Notes under the pieces: model-generated | The model's input: only the letters and a program-made list of their open reading frames with translations | Told to the model about the DNA's origin: nothing | Database searches by the model: none | In this document: positions 25,278 through 37,900 of the stretch, piece after piece | Layout: each line of letters starts with the position of its first letter | Numbering within the stretch: position 1 is the stretch's first letter | DNA from: Selaginella moellendorffii | Lineage: Eukaryota > Plantae > Lycopodiophyta | Direction: 5' to 3' | Assembly (NCBI RefSeq): GCF_000143415.4 | Contig: NW_003314274.1 | Coordinates: 1,177,563-1,241,562 of the forward strand | DNA: 64,000 nucleotides | Position numbers and translations under genes: made by a program

Positions 25278-28200
25278 CTGTCTGTGGGTGGTAGGCTGTG
25301 CTGAATTTCAACTTGGTGCGATACTGTTCTAGGAGAGTTCTCCAAAACCTACTAGTGAAGATCTTATCTCGATCTGAGATAATCTCTTCTGGCCTTCCCT
25401 ACACTCGAACCACTTGTTCGAAGAACAACTTTGCCACACCTTCCACATCCACTTCCATTGTGGTGGGTATGAAATGTGCCATTTTCGAAAATCGGTCCAC
25501 CACCACGAATATCGCATCAAACCCCTCGCTTGGGGGAAGTCCAGTGATGAAGTCCATCGTAAGACATTTCTATGGACGATTTGGAATTGGGATGCTTTGC
25601 AACAAGCCCCCACTAGCCTTAGTCACGGCTTTTACCTGCTGACATGTTGGACATGTCTTTACATAGTCTTGGACGTCCTTAGCCATATCTGGCCAATGGT
25701 ACTTCCTCTTGAGTAAGCCCATCGTCTTGGGCACTCCGCCGTGTCCCACAAGAGGTCCGTCATGACACTCTTCTAAGGCTACCTTCCTTAATTCCCCTTC
25801 TGGAACATACACCCTTGTTTGCTTGTAATAGATAAGTCCGTTGCGTTCTGCATAGCCCGTTTTCTCTTCTGTTGGCAGCCCACCTATCTGGTGAGCTTCC
25901 CGCGCCTCTAGATTCCTCAGCAACATTTCTTGTGCTAGACCATCGTTCTCATATGCTGTCCGCACATCGTCCCAGAAGGTTGCTGTTGCGCTGGATATTG
26001 CCAACCTCAAGCTCGCTTTTCAACTTAGCGCATCCGCCACGATGTTGCTCTTCCCAGGCTTGTACAGAATCTCGCAATCAAACTCGGCCAAGGCATTGGC
26101 CCACCGGCCTTGTTTCCCTCTCAAGTGTTTCGTTGCCATATTGTCTGTGTAAACCTTGAAGTGTCTCCCAAGGTAGTGTTGCCACTCCTTGAGCGCCTTG
26201 ACCACCGTAAACAATTCCTTCTAGTGGGCAGGCCACTTCCGTTGAGCCTTGTCCAACTTCTTCGAGAAGAACGCTACTGGATGGTTGTCTTGCTTCAAAA
26301 CTGCGCCTAACGCAAAGTCTGAAGCATCCGTTTCTACTTCAAAGTCCTTGCCAAAGTCTGGTAATGCCAATACGGGAGCCTTCCTCAACTTCCCTTTGAG
26401 GTGGACGAATGCCGCCTCGCATTCCGCTGTCCATACCATCTTCCCTTTTCCTGTTTGGTCCGTTAAGGGCAGGGCTACTCTCGAATAGTGTCTGATAAAC
26501 TTTCGATAGTAGTTGCATAGCCCCAGGAATGCCCTCAACTCGTGTACATTCGATGGTCGCTCCCATTCCTGGATTGCTTGGACCTTCTCCGGGTCCACCT
26601 TGAGCCCATCCTGGCCCACCACATGCCCGAGAAACTTTACCTCTTGTTGAGCAAAGTCACATTTGCTCTCTTTAGCATACAGTTTGTGTTCCCTTAGTTT
26701 CTCAAACACCTTCGCCAAGTGTTCGGCATGCTCTTCTAGCGTCTCGCTATAGATCAGGATGTCGTCAATATAGACGACCACGAAGTGATCCAGATAGGGT
26801 ACAAAGATGTGGTTCATCAGCGCCAAAAACGTTGCCAGCGCATTACATAGCCCGAAGGGCATCACCAGAAACTCAAAGCTCCCATACTTCGTTTGACAGG
26901 TTGTCTTCTCGACATCTTCCTTGGCTACCCTGATCTGGTAGTATCCTGACCTTAGGTCAATCCTCAAGAAGTATTTTGCCTTTCCCAACCTATCGAATAG
27001 GTCCTCAATCCTTGGCAAAGGGTACTTGTTCTTCTTTGTATACTTGTTGAGCAACCGGTAGTCTATGCACATGCGCATAGATCCATCTTTCTTTTTCACA
27101 AATAACACCGGCGCCCCATACGGCGACTTGCTCAACCTAACATACCCTTTGTCCACCAACTCCTCTAGTTGGCACTTGAGCTCCTTGAGTTCTTTTTCGT
27201 TCAAACGATAAGGGGGACAAACCACCACCTCAGCACCCTCGACCAGTTCAATCTTATGTTCTATCGGTCGTGCTGGGGGCAGCCCCGCCGGTAGCTCCTC
27301 CGGCATGGTATCCTGGAATTGGTCCAACACCCGCTGGATCACTAAAGGTACTTCTTCTGTTCCTGTCTTTTTGTCACTCTTCACCGAGAGTAAGCACAAA
27401 AAGGCTGCCTTAGTTCCTTTAGTGAGTTGTCCTCTCGTGGACACCATGTTTAAGCAGGAATCTTTGGCCTTGCTTTGCCCTACCTTTAGATCTTGGGCCT
27501 CCACCCTAGATCTTCTTCCTTGGGCATTTGCCAGTACCACAAGGTTCCTACCTTGTACATGCAAGGCTACCATGAACCGATTGAACTAATCCATTCCGAA
27601 GATCACGTCAAATCCCACCATGTCCAACACGGTGAAATCCATGTCCACCTTCTAAGTCCCCACTTCGACTCTCGCTTGTCGAAGTACCTCATCGGTGCTT
27701 TGGCTACCTTGAACAAACTCTATAGTCCTTGGTTCGCCTAGCCGCTGCACCGTTAATCCGGCTTGCCGGACTATGTCTACAGCCACAAAATTATCCGAAG
27801 CACTCGTGTCAATAAGGATCTTAACAAAGCTACCTCCGAGCTTCCCTTGGAGGGCTAGTAGATGTCCCGAACGACTCTCTACCAAAGTTGCTCGTGTAAT
27901 GAGTAACTTTGAGTTAGGGACTGGATCACATACCTCAGTTTGGACTTCACCCGACTTGATGGCCATATTGGCTCTGGCCTTCTTCGGGTAAGGACATTCC
28001 CTCGAAAAGTGTCCCGCTTCGCCGCAGTTGTAGCATACGTTGTTTCCCACGCTGCTATACGACTTGACGTTCTTATCCGTGGGTTTGTCTCTTTTCGCTT
28101 GACTCCCCCACGTACTCGCTCGCTGGCCACCGGATTTGCCGTTCCGGAACCCCGAGGACTCATTCTTAGAGAAACTCTTCTTGAATTTCCCTCTGCTAAA

Positions 28201-29171
28201 TGTTCCCCTTGGTTTGGCCCCTTTGCTAAACGTGGATCCCGACCCCGTCGTGTTCCCCTTTTGTAGGTTATCATTGAAATGCACTTTGATGGCCGCATCC
28301 AATGCTTCCTTGTAGTTGGTCGGGTTCCACCGCATCATTTCACCGCGAGCCCAGGTTTGCAAACCTGATATGAAGGCATGGAACGCATCCATATCCCCCA
28401 TGTCTGTGACAAGTATCCTCTTTGCCATAAACCCATTCACATACTCCTGAATGGTTCCGGTCTACTTCAGCCTACTCAGCTCATCCCTTAGATGTAGAGT
28501 AGCATTCGGAGGAACGTAAGTTGCGCGGATCCTCGCCTTCATCATTTCCCAAGTGGCCACTGGTCCTTCGTTGGCCTTTGTCATTCTCCACCAAGACTTG
28601 GCATTATCTGCCAAGTATGGTTTTGCACATGGGACCTTCTCCGAGCTCGGTAATCGCAACGCTCGGAAGTAGTCCTCCATATCATAAAACCAATCCTCCA
28701 CCACCTTATAGTCATTCACTCCCTTGAAGACTGGTGGGGGCTTTGGTTTGTACTTGGGAACTGCTTGAGGGACTGATTCCACTTCGGTCTGTTTGACCTT
28801 GTCTGGTTTTGCCTCAGCCTTTACCGAAGGGTCTGCACCTTCTGCGCTGCCAGCATCCGCAGTCTTTCACTTTTTCTTCCGCTTCTCATCACACTTTAGC
28901 TTGCGTACGAGAGTCTCCAACAGGGCATTGGTCTGCGCCAATTGTCCTTCTAGAACGTCCAATTGAGCCTTGGATGACCGAACCTCACCACCAGACTCCT
29001 GTTTGGAAGTTGCCTCACTGGAGTCCTCCTCATGTAAGGATTCCTCATCCATAGCCTCCTGTTCGACCGGAGGCTCCAGCTCTGGAGGAGGTTCCGGGTT
29101 CGCTTACGTCCTGCCCTTGCGATCTGCCTCTATCCTTTGCTAGAACTGAGGAAGAGGCTCTGATACCAAAT

Positions 29172-30334
29172 TGTAAGCCACAAATTTTTCCTTTCCAATT
29201 TGCCAGCTTACCTCGTCTATCCGACTAACTCTGCCTTGGCTTGTGCTAAGTTCCCTCGCCAAAGTTCTCGCCTATGGTACCAGCTCCTACTTGGTCCTAC
29301 TTGGTTTCAGCTACTCACTGCACGAGCAATGGAGTGTTAGCCATCCATCTACAGATTCCCCAAATCTCTCCCAATCCCCCTCCCCGGGTTAGACTGGACT
29401 TAAGGTTCGGCTACACTCCCCACAAGCACAAGCAGCCAAGCACACCAAGCCTCCAGATTCCTAACACCCCTTGGTACCACAAGACTTGATCATGGGACCC
29501 TCTAAATCCCAAGCCTTGGGTGTAGCACTTGCTTCGGGACGTCGGGGCGAAACACCGTGGCCTAACGGCCTGGTATGGGTACCTCTACCCCCCCACTCCC
29601 ATCCCGAAGGGAAGGCCCAAGCCCCTAGGAAGGGCGAGGACCAATGAGCCACAAGGTACTCAAGTGGGGCACCAGTCCACATGAGCCGGGAGCACCGCAA
29701 TTGGTTTCCCTTTTGGGAGTGGGAGCTGCTCTTGAGCACTTCCCTGGGTGGCCCCTCCGGCACCACTCAAGCCCATGCTCACTCCCACCCAAGGCCCCTC
29801 GGCCCCAGTCTCAACCTCAAGTCAGTTTGGAAGCACCACTGGAGAGTTCCTTCAAGACTGGTTCCTGGACCTCACTATCCCTACTAACCTTTTTGGGAAC
29901 CCCCGCTGCCGCCCCCCCCCCCCCCCCCCCCCCCCCGAGAGACACACGCTTTGGGCTTTCACCCCTTGAGCTGTATTAGTATGTGGACTTAGTCTCAGAA
30001 TCGATCTCGGACCCGACTTCGGATTCGGTCTCGGACTCGATCTCGGACTCGATCTTAGACCCGATCTCGGACTCGACTTCGGACTCGACCTTGGACTCGG
30101 TCTCGGACCTGATTTGGATCTCGGACTCCGTCTCGAACTTGGTCTCGAACTCAGTCTCGATCTCGGTCTCCGATTCAGCCTCGGCTCGATCCTAGACTCT
30201 ATCTCGAACTCGGTCTCAGAGTTGGTCTTGGACTCGATCTTCGACTCGGTCCCATCCGATGAACTCTTTGTCATTTCGGTCAAGCTTTCGGGGATCCTTT
30301 AGCCTACGACATCTCGGGGAGTCAGTTCCTTACA
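29172..30334 (-). repeat. 5' LTR (1163 bp)
   Basis: Followed on the minus strand by the PBS ATTTGGTATCAGAGCC. Confidence 0.95.
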
Positions 30335-30920
30335 CTTATTTGGTTTTAAGAACTCACTACACGAGCAATGGAGCGTTAGCCATCCATCCATGGATTCCCA
30401 AATTCTCTCCCAATCTCCCTCTCCAAGTTAGACTGAATTTAAGGTTCGGCTACATTCCCTATAAGCATAAGTAGTTAAGCAACTAAGCCTCCAAGTTCCT
30501 AACCTCCCTTGGTAAAACAAGACTTGATTATGGGACCTTCTAAATCCCAAACCTTGGGTGCAATACTTGCTTCAGGACACCAGGGGGAAACACCATAGTC
30601 TAACAGCTCAGTATAGATACCCTTACTCCCCCACTTCTATCCCGAAAGGAAGGCCCAAGCCCCTAGGAAGGGGTGAAGACCAATGAGCCACAAAGTACTC
30701 AAATGGGGCACCATTCCACATGAGTTGGGAGCATTATAGTTGACTTCTTTTCTAGGAGTGGGAGTTGTTCTTGAGTACTTCCTTGGGTGGCCCCTCTAGC
30801 ACCATTTGAGTCCATACTCATTCCCATGTAAGGCCCTTAAACCCCAATATTAACCTCAAGTCAATTTGAAAGCACAGTTGGAGAGTTCTTTCAAGACTAG
30901 TTCCTGGACCTCACTATCTC

Positions 30921-33900
30921 TAATGTGCACGCAAAAGGATGTGTGAGCTAATTGAAATGCATTAACACAAGTTTTCTTAATGGAGTATGGAAGATTAGAA
31001 AGTTTAAATGACTTGATAAAGTAGTTTGACCAATTGAAACAGTATGAAAATGAGAGTAAATCATATGGCAAATATGGACAAAAACTACAAGGAAAACTAT
31101 GAAGCAACTTTAGAATCATAGGAGCTTAAAGTGATAGAGAAGAGGAGGATACTCCCAAAAAGGACTCAAAGTTGGCTATTAGGATGAATGTCTTGGTTCT
31201 TGTGAAATTCAAGGCTTGAAGATTACTACCAAGAACAAGGAGCTATTAAAGGAGTCTCAAGAGGCTTGTAAGCAACCAAAGAGAACGACTTGAGAGATGG
31301 TCCATGGGGTTCAAATATAGAGGGAAAGGGCCCATGAATAAAAGTGCACCCTCTTTTCCAATCGGTTAAGGGTTTTGGGATACTTGGAGTTAAGCATCCT
31401 TGGGTTTGAATAGTACTAGGCTGGGTGACCTCCCGAGAAATCCAAACTCAAAGAACTTATAATTTAGTATCAGAGAGGTCTCATGTCCAACTCTATTGGT
31501 TGGCTAAAGGAATCACACCACATGTTGATTGACATTTAGCTGGTTCAATTTGCTCCTCCTGGGCTCGACTCGAGGGGTAGGGTGTCAAGAGAGCGGGGCT
31601 CTCAACTTCCGTTTATGAGGGTGTGAACTTGCAGAGAAGCATGGTGGATTGTAAGCAACTAAAGAGAATGACTTAAGATGGGGTTCAAATATAAACGGAA
31701 AGGGCCCATGAACAAGAGTGCACCTCCTTTTCCAATCGGTTAAGGGTCTTGGGATATTTAGGGTTAAGCGTCCTTAGGTTTGAATAGTATTGGGCTAGGT
31801 GACCTATTACCAAAGAAAGGTAATAGCTCTTGTATCAGTAGACACTAATAATTAAGGAGAATTTGGCAAAGTTAATTGCAGATTTTGGTGAGCTAAAGTT
31901 GCATTTGCTTCAAGGAAGGCCACCATAACCTCCTCAACAATAGCCACCTTACAATAGTTAACCACCAAAGGATCGTGCATAAAAGCTAACCCCATGTGAT
32001 TAGGTAAATGTTATATGCTATAATTGTAAGGAGTCTGGGCATTATAGCAATGAATGCTAGCAACAAAGAGTAGTAAATCCAATTGTTTGCTTCACTTATA
32101 AACAACTTAGACATTATTCCCCAAATTGCCTATAGAATCAGTAGAGATCTAGACAATAACAAAATGCTCAAGAAGGAGTTAACATGATCAAAGTGTCCAA
32201 AGAGCCAAAAGCAAATTTAAAAGGATTTTCAAGTGGCAATAGCAAAGATCTTGATTCCAAAGAGCAAGACATGTTTGCTATAAAGAGGTCTTAAGGGGAG
32301 CAACTAGAGTTGGATCTAGTAAAAACTTGCTTTTCTAAGAAAAAAGACAAGGTAATGTGACTTTGCCGAAAGGTTGGAATCCAAGATATGGAGATTAACA
32401 AACGCTAGGAAGGGTATTCCATCATAAGTGATTTAAATGAAGTCCATGCAAACATCACTATTGCTCAACTCCTCTTCAAATGCCCATAATTGTGGAAAGA
32501 GCTTCATCAAGGAATCAATACAAGAGTGAGAAAAAAAAAGGATAGATAGGCATATGGAGTGTCTCACTATTGAGGCTGATATGGTGGAAGCTATTCTTGA
32601 AGGGATTCAAGTACAAAGGATTCTAGTGAATGGTGATGCAACTATATATATCATGAGTAATTGACTAATGGAGAAACTTGGGTTGAAATATACTCAACCC
32701 TTGAGATGGAAGATCAAAGTGGCAAATGATCACCAACCTTCCCATAATAGTTTATGGCATATCCACCATAGTTAATGTACATATCATTCACCTAAAGAGA
32801 AGTAGTGATAGTTGTCTTATGATCCTTGGATGTCCTTGGTTGCATAAGGTTTGTGCCAAGAATGATTGGGAGGTCGGTCAAATGACCATATGCAATAAGA
32901 AGAAGCAAGTCAAAGTAGTTGTGTAATAGAATCATGCAAAAGTGCTGGAAGAATCTCTCATAAGCAATAATAATATCTATGATTTATGGAGTAGTGACTA
33001 TGAATTAGATTCAAAAAGTGATTTCAAGGTGAATGATCTATATGCACTGCAGGTTATGTCAAAGATTGCTAAATGGAAAGAACCTTAAGCTAACATTGAG
33101 AAAGGACACCACTTTTTGCAAGAAAATATGGATAAACACAATTCTTATGCTTAGTTGGAGAAGATGTATGTAGGGGCAGAGCTTTCTAAGAATGAATATG
33201 AAAGTTACATAGAAGTTCCTAAAGCTTTTTGTAAACTCCTATAAGGAGCAAAGAGCAAAGCTAGTGGCTCAAAAGCCATATAGGTTGGGACCTCTAAAAT
33301 TTAATATTGTCTATGTTGAGCTGATGAAGTTGATCAAAGCTAACATCATATTTGAAGTGGAGAATTTAAATTGGTGTCACCTGTTGTAGTAGCACCAAAG
33401 AAGGGAGGGAAATGGAAAGTGTGTATCAACTATAAAAAGTTAAATGATGCTCCAGGACATGATCATCATCCCATTCCATTTATAGATGAGATCTTTGATG
33501 AAGTAGGAGGGCATGAGTAGTACACCTTTTGTGATGGATACCCTAGATATTTTTAAGTTAAAAATGAGGAGGATCAAATGAAAATAACATTCACCACTCC
33601 TTAGGGAACTTTTGCATACAAAGTGATGCCATTTGGGCTTATAAATGCACTAGCAACATTTCAACAACTCATAAACAAGATTTTTGAGCCATACCTTGGC
33701 AAGTTTTATCAGAGTGTACCTTGATAACGTTTGCATATATAGCAAAAAAACTCATTTAGAAATGGTATAAATAGCATTTGAAAGGCTAAATGAATCAAAA
33801 GGTTGCCTAAATCTAGAGAAATGTTAAATTGTGAGCACAAAAAGTATCTTGATTGGTCATATAGTCTCAAAAGAAGGAATTGAACTGAGCTAAGATAAGA

Positions 33901-34038
33901 TATAAAATTTTGTGGAGATTTCCGCTCCAAGGAATATGCAAGAGGTATGATGATTTGTAGGACTGGTGAGTTATTATTGAGGGTTTGTTAAGGGATTTGC
34001 TGAAATAGCATTTCACTTAAACAAGCTTTTATGAAAAT
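30921..34038 (+). mobile_element. Highly degenerate non-chromovirus (Athila/Tat-like) gypsy gag-protease-RT
   Basis: CYNCKESGHYSNEC, ILVNGDA, ILGCPWL, SPVVVAPKKGGKWKVCINYKKLN, PIPFIDEIFDEVGGHE*YTFCDGY and [11 protein letters not shown]; many stops; truncated by a TIR at 34039. Confidence 0.85.
31267..31805 (+). mobile_element. Cassandra-like TRIM with a 5S rRNA-derived segment in its LTRs
   Basis: LTR1 31267-31461; PBS ATTTAGTATCAGAG 31462-31475; 188-bp non-coding interior; LTR2 31650-31805 (3'-truncated). 31388-31443 matches the plant 5S rRNA A-box to C-box region at about 46/56 by my recalled consensus. Confidence 0.85.
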
Positions 34039-34280
34039 GAGTAAAGCTTTTTCTGCATATACTTGTGTTCTCACCCCTATCTACAAAATAGTGATAAATA
34101 AACAAAGACAAGAATGTAAAGAAAGAGTAGAAGAAGAAAAATGATAAGAGAATAAAAGAGAACTCAACTTTTTTGAGATTGACAATTTAAACTTTCAAGA
34201 ACCCCTAAATATTTTCTTAGTATAAATACTGATAAAGGATGTTTTCAACATTGAAATTTCAATTTGTTTAAAGTGTAAGA

Positions 34281-34824
34281 ATGGCTAGGGAAAATGTTAT
34301 TACTACTTGCACTTGGCCCCCATGCATTTCATATGAGTCTCTATCTCTGTCTCCAACTTCTACCAATATTCCACCCTTCCCTCCACACAACAATTGTTGT
34401 GAGGTTTTTCCTTTTATAGCCCCAAGGGTGACTGAACAAGAGATCCCTCTTCCAAATAATGTTCTAGATGTTGCTATTAAAGATGGATTGCCTTATGTGC
34501 TTCAAGAGCGATGCCAGATGTTTCTTCAAAATCTTGCTCTAGATATGGCTGAAACTTTTGACACATATTATCTCCAGTGTCCCATCTACTACTTTTATTT
34601 AGATAAAACAGAAGGCTGTATGGGTGATAGATAAAACTTTTCTAGAACACTGTCACAACTGCCCAAGAATTGATGTGGAAGATGTGCATAAATGGATGTA
34701 TAAGAAAATCAAAAAAGAGTTAAGAACACATAACTATTATCATTTTATGGTGAGGAACAATATTCCGTTAGTAAATACTACATCCACAAGTGCTGAATAT
34801 GGTATTTTTAGGCCATCCTACTGA
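34281..34824 (+). pseudogene. Unknown cargo ORF (~180 aa with one frameshift)
   Basis: Two overlapping ORFs (117 and 66 aa) with protein-like composition just inside the left TIR. Confidence 0.35.
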
Positions 34825-34949
34825 AAATTCTAGCTACTAATAATTTTTACACTATGATATTATCTATCCCCCCTCCCCCCCCCCTCTCATCTTTTTTTTA
34901 TTAATAAAATTGTATTACCTATAGATAATAAACTCATAATAGTAGTAAT

Positions 34950-37900
34950 TATGAAATTTGACAGACTAACACTATAACTTTGACACTGACGCTATCACTA
35001 GCACTATCTACTGCACTGACACTGTCACTATCACAATCACTATCACATTGACATGTGACACATCTTTCTCATTGCAAGTGGATGCATTCAATTGTCTTTT
35101 AATGTATCAATAATAAATAGATTTTTCATACCAGTCCTCAATTTACATATTGCATATGATGTGCCATGCATACCTAGGAAAAATTCTAGAAAATTAAATA
35201 TATATTGTATATAAGTTTTTAAAACATCATAAATTACCTCCTAAAAGTAATTGATGAAGAAGGATGAAAACCTCTAAGATGGCGTTTGAAGAATTTATAT
35301 TCTTCAATCACAAACCCTGATCTACTAAAGTCACATGCTGCTTCAACCATTGAACCACTACCTGTTGTGCAATCAATGACAACCCCTAGTTGGGCAATAA
35401 AGCTCAAGTAGGATATGCATTGCCGATGGCGATTGGAACCGATACCTAGATAATATGTTGTGGATGTCGTCGTCTACAAGATTTGGTATGATATTAGTAA
35501 AGCTATCATACCCTAGCAAAACCCTTATAGCATGCTCACTATCAAGAAAACTGTCATTTTCTCTTCTACAGAACACATGGTAAATCCACATCATAACCTG
35601 AATAATAAAACTTTAGAGACAACCAAAATAGAAGATGATTTCTTACCTTCTTTGGCATGCCTAAGATGCCTTTGGTCTCGACCCCAACACTATCTATGAT
35701 GCACCCAGAAGAGAACCTCTTGAAGTTGACTTGAGTTGCATACTATAAGCAACCAAAGGGAACAACTTGAGAAACGATTCATAAACGTTTAAATATAAAG
35801 GGAAAAGGCCTATGAACAAGAGTGCCCTTTTCCAATTGATTAAGGGTCTTAAGATATTTGGGGTTAAGTGTCCTTGGGTTTGAATAATACTGGGCTGAGT
35901 GACCTCTCGGGAAGTCCAAATTTAAGAATTTACACATACCTCATAAGACAAGATATCCAATAAGGGTCATTCGGGAGAATGAAGGCAACTTGATTGGTTG
36001 TGTGAAGGAGAATTGCTGCCAAAAGGAATGCATCCTTCAAAGTGATCTTTAGTCAAGTTATTTCAGCTTGAGACATCACCATTAACGTCTGGAAGACCAT
36101 CTGGCATATTAAAGAGCATGAAGTTTGTGCTCAAGCACTCCCACTTTTGCCAGATAGCCATATTCTCAACATCCTCCTCAAAAGATGCCATCAATGAATT
36201 GTAGAAGCCAATAAAGATCCCAACTTCACCACAGAATGCCACTAGAGAAACAGGGCAAATCTAGGGGGAGAAGATAAAGATAAGATGTGAACTTAAGAAA
36301 AATTTACATATCGTCATGTGGTGTGTGGTAGATGTAAGTTCCTCCAGCTCCTCTTCTCGGGCATCAAGACGAGTTGGAATGAAGTTACTCCCAATTGTTT
36401 TTGCTACAACCATTTTGAGGAACTAAGAAAAGTAGAGAATTAAAAGAAATATACCTCGAGAAGTTCCTTGGTTACGGGACATATTGGACGATCATCATCA
36501 CTGTTGAATAATTCCTCCAGATGTGGATTTGCACGCTTTTGTCGAGGTAGGACTTCTTGAACGTTCTAGTTCTCTTGCTCGACTTCATCTCAAGGAATTT
36601 CTTGCAAATTGTTCTCACCACCATCTTCACTCTCCTCGCCATTGGCACCAATAGTGTCGACATTCTCATGGCCATCATCTTTGTCATCCGGCACGTCTTC
36701 ATTGTTGCCTCTTGTAGCCTCTCGGTGGGTTGGTGCATAATCTGGCATTTCTAATTTCCAAGGACAAGCTCACTTTATTGCTGCTGGAAACTTCATTGTT
36801 GTTGAGTACATGCCTCCATCTCTCACACCATGCCTCAGGAGTCGTTTGCATACTGGTGTTTCGAAAGGAATGCCTCTATATTGGAGATACCTATAATAGA
36901 ATATAAACAAATTGAGTATAGTTGAGAAATTGTATATTACCTAAAAGCCACTCGTTGCATGAAGTAAGGTTGGCTAAGTTGTTTATCAAATGGAGTTGTA
37001 CTTGTGGCCTTCTTTGGTAGCTAGTCCTCTTCAAGTTTTGTAAGCTTAGTGGCGACGAAGTCCTTAAATGGAAGTTGCTCAGGATCATCCCCTATAAAAG
37101 GCATTAGAAACATCTCCCCTTCATATACATTTTGTGAAATGTAAACAGTCCTCGTCATCATAGTCTCTATTATACTATCCAAACCTTTTTCTTCTTCCCT
37201 AAGTCTGCTATTGAGGTCGTTCAGAATGTGTATTTATTCCTCATATGTAAACTTTGACTTTGAGATGTTGTAAATAATCTCATCTAGAGTCTTGCCCACT
37301 AAGAAATAACTTTTGTGAGTAACCTTCATATAAACGCAAACAATACTTACTTTCATGACAAGCAATCTCTGTTATGATATCAAACCACTCCTTTGGGCAT
37401 CAAGAGTCAGCCACACTAAGTAATTTCTTTACCTTTTTGTGATATTGATTTTCTTGTCAATTGTAGCTAAATGCTCTGAGAGGTCTTGATCATTTTCAGC
37501 TCAATGCGATTATGCATATGCAGCTTGCTTAACCTTCACCAATGGCTGAAGACAACACAAACATTCTATGATAAAAAGTATACTTGGAAGAACATACCTT
37601 ACTCCATACAATTGTCATAAAAGCCACTGGATTCTTGTACCATCTATTGGCATCTTGACGACCTCGTTGATGCCAAATAAGTGATGCTAAATCATCACTA
37701 TAGTGGCTGCAAATTGCATCTTCGTCGAGATTGGCAAGAAACTAGATCTACTCAATACCATGTACTAGGCTTTGTTTCTACACTGTAAACTATCCCAGCC
37801 TGCAAAACACAAATTGTTAAAAGTGATTAAAGAGGGAGAAGTATTTACGCATTAATTTTGTGGCAAGCTATCACAAGCCTTGCCACATCTAGAGAGATCC

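Larger units (their letters stand above)
24381..29135 (-). pseudogene. gag-pol polyprotein: Gag, CCHC knuckle, protease, RT, RNase H, integrase, chromodomain; in-frame stops and two introns
   Basis: [51 protein letters not shown]...CPTC, ISDRD and YEVKAIL...VKWKGFPHCEATWEP; ORF pieces from 29052 to 25570 share one frame and are separated by stops. Confidence 0.95.
22819..30334 (-). mobile_element. Full-length chromodomain-bearing Ty3/gypsy LTR retrotransposon (defective)
   Basis: LTRs 22819-23977 and 29172-30334 with TGTAAG...CTTACA ends; 5-bp TSD CTTAT (22814-22818 / 30335-30339); iMet PBS TGGTATCAGAGC just inside the right LTR; purine-rich tract next to the left LTR. Confidence 0.97.
22690..30920 (-). 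mobile_element. Older partial LTR of the same family, split by the younger element (22690-22818 plus 30340-30920)
   Basis: The joined halves align continuously to the first ~710 bp (plus-strand reading) of the 22819 LTR. Confidence 0.85.

Noticed and set aside
31388-31443. Genuine 5S rRNA gene
   Set aside because: Only the ~56-nt internal promoter region matches. The 5' part and terminator are absent, and it lies within an LTR.
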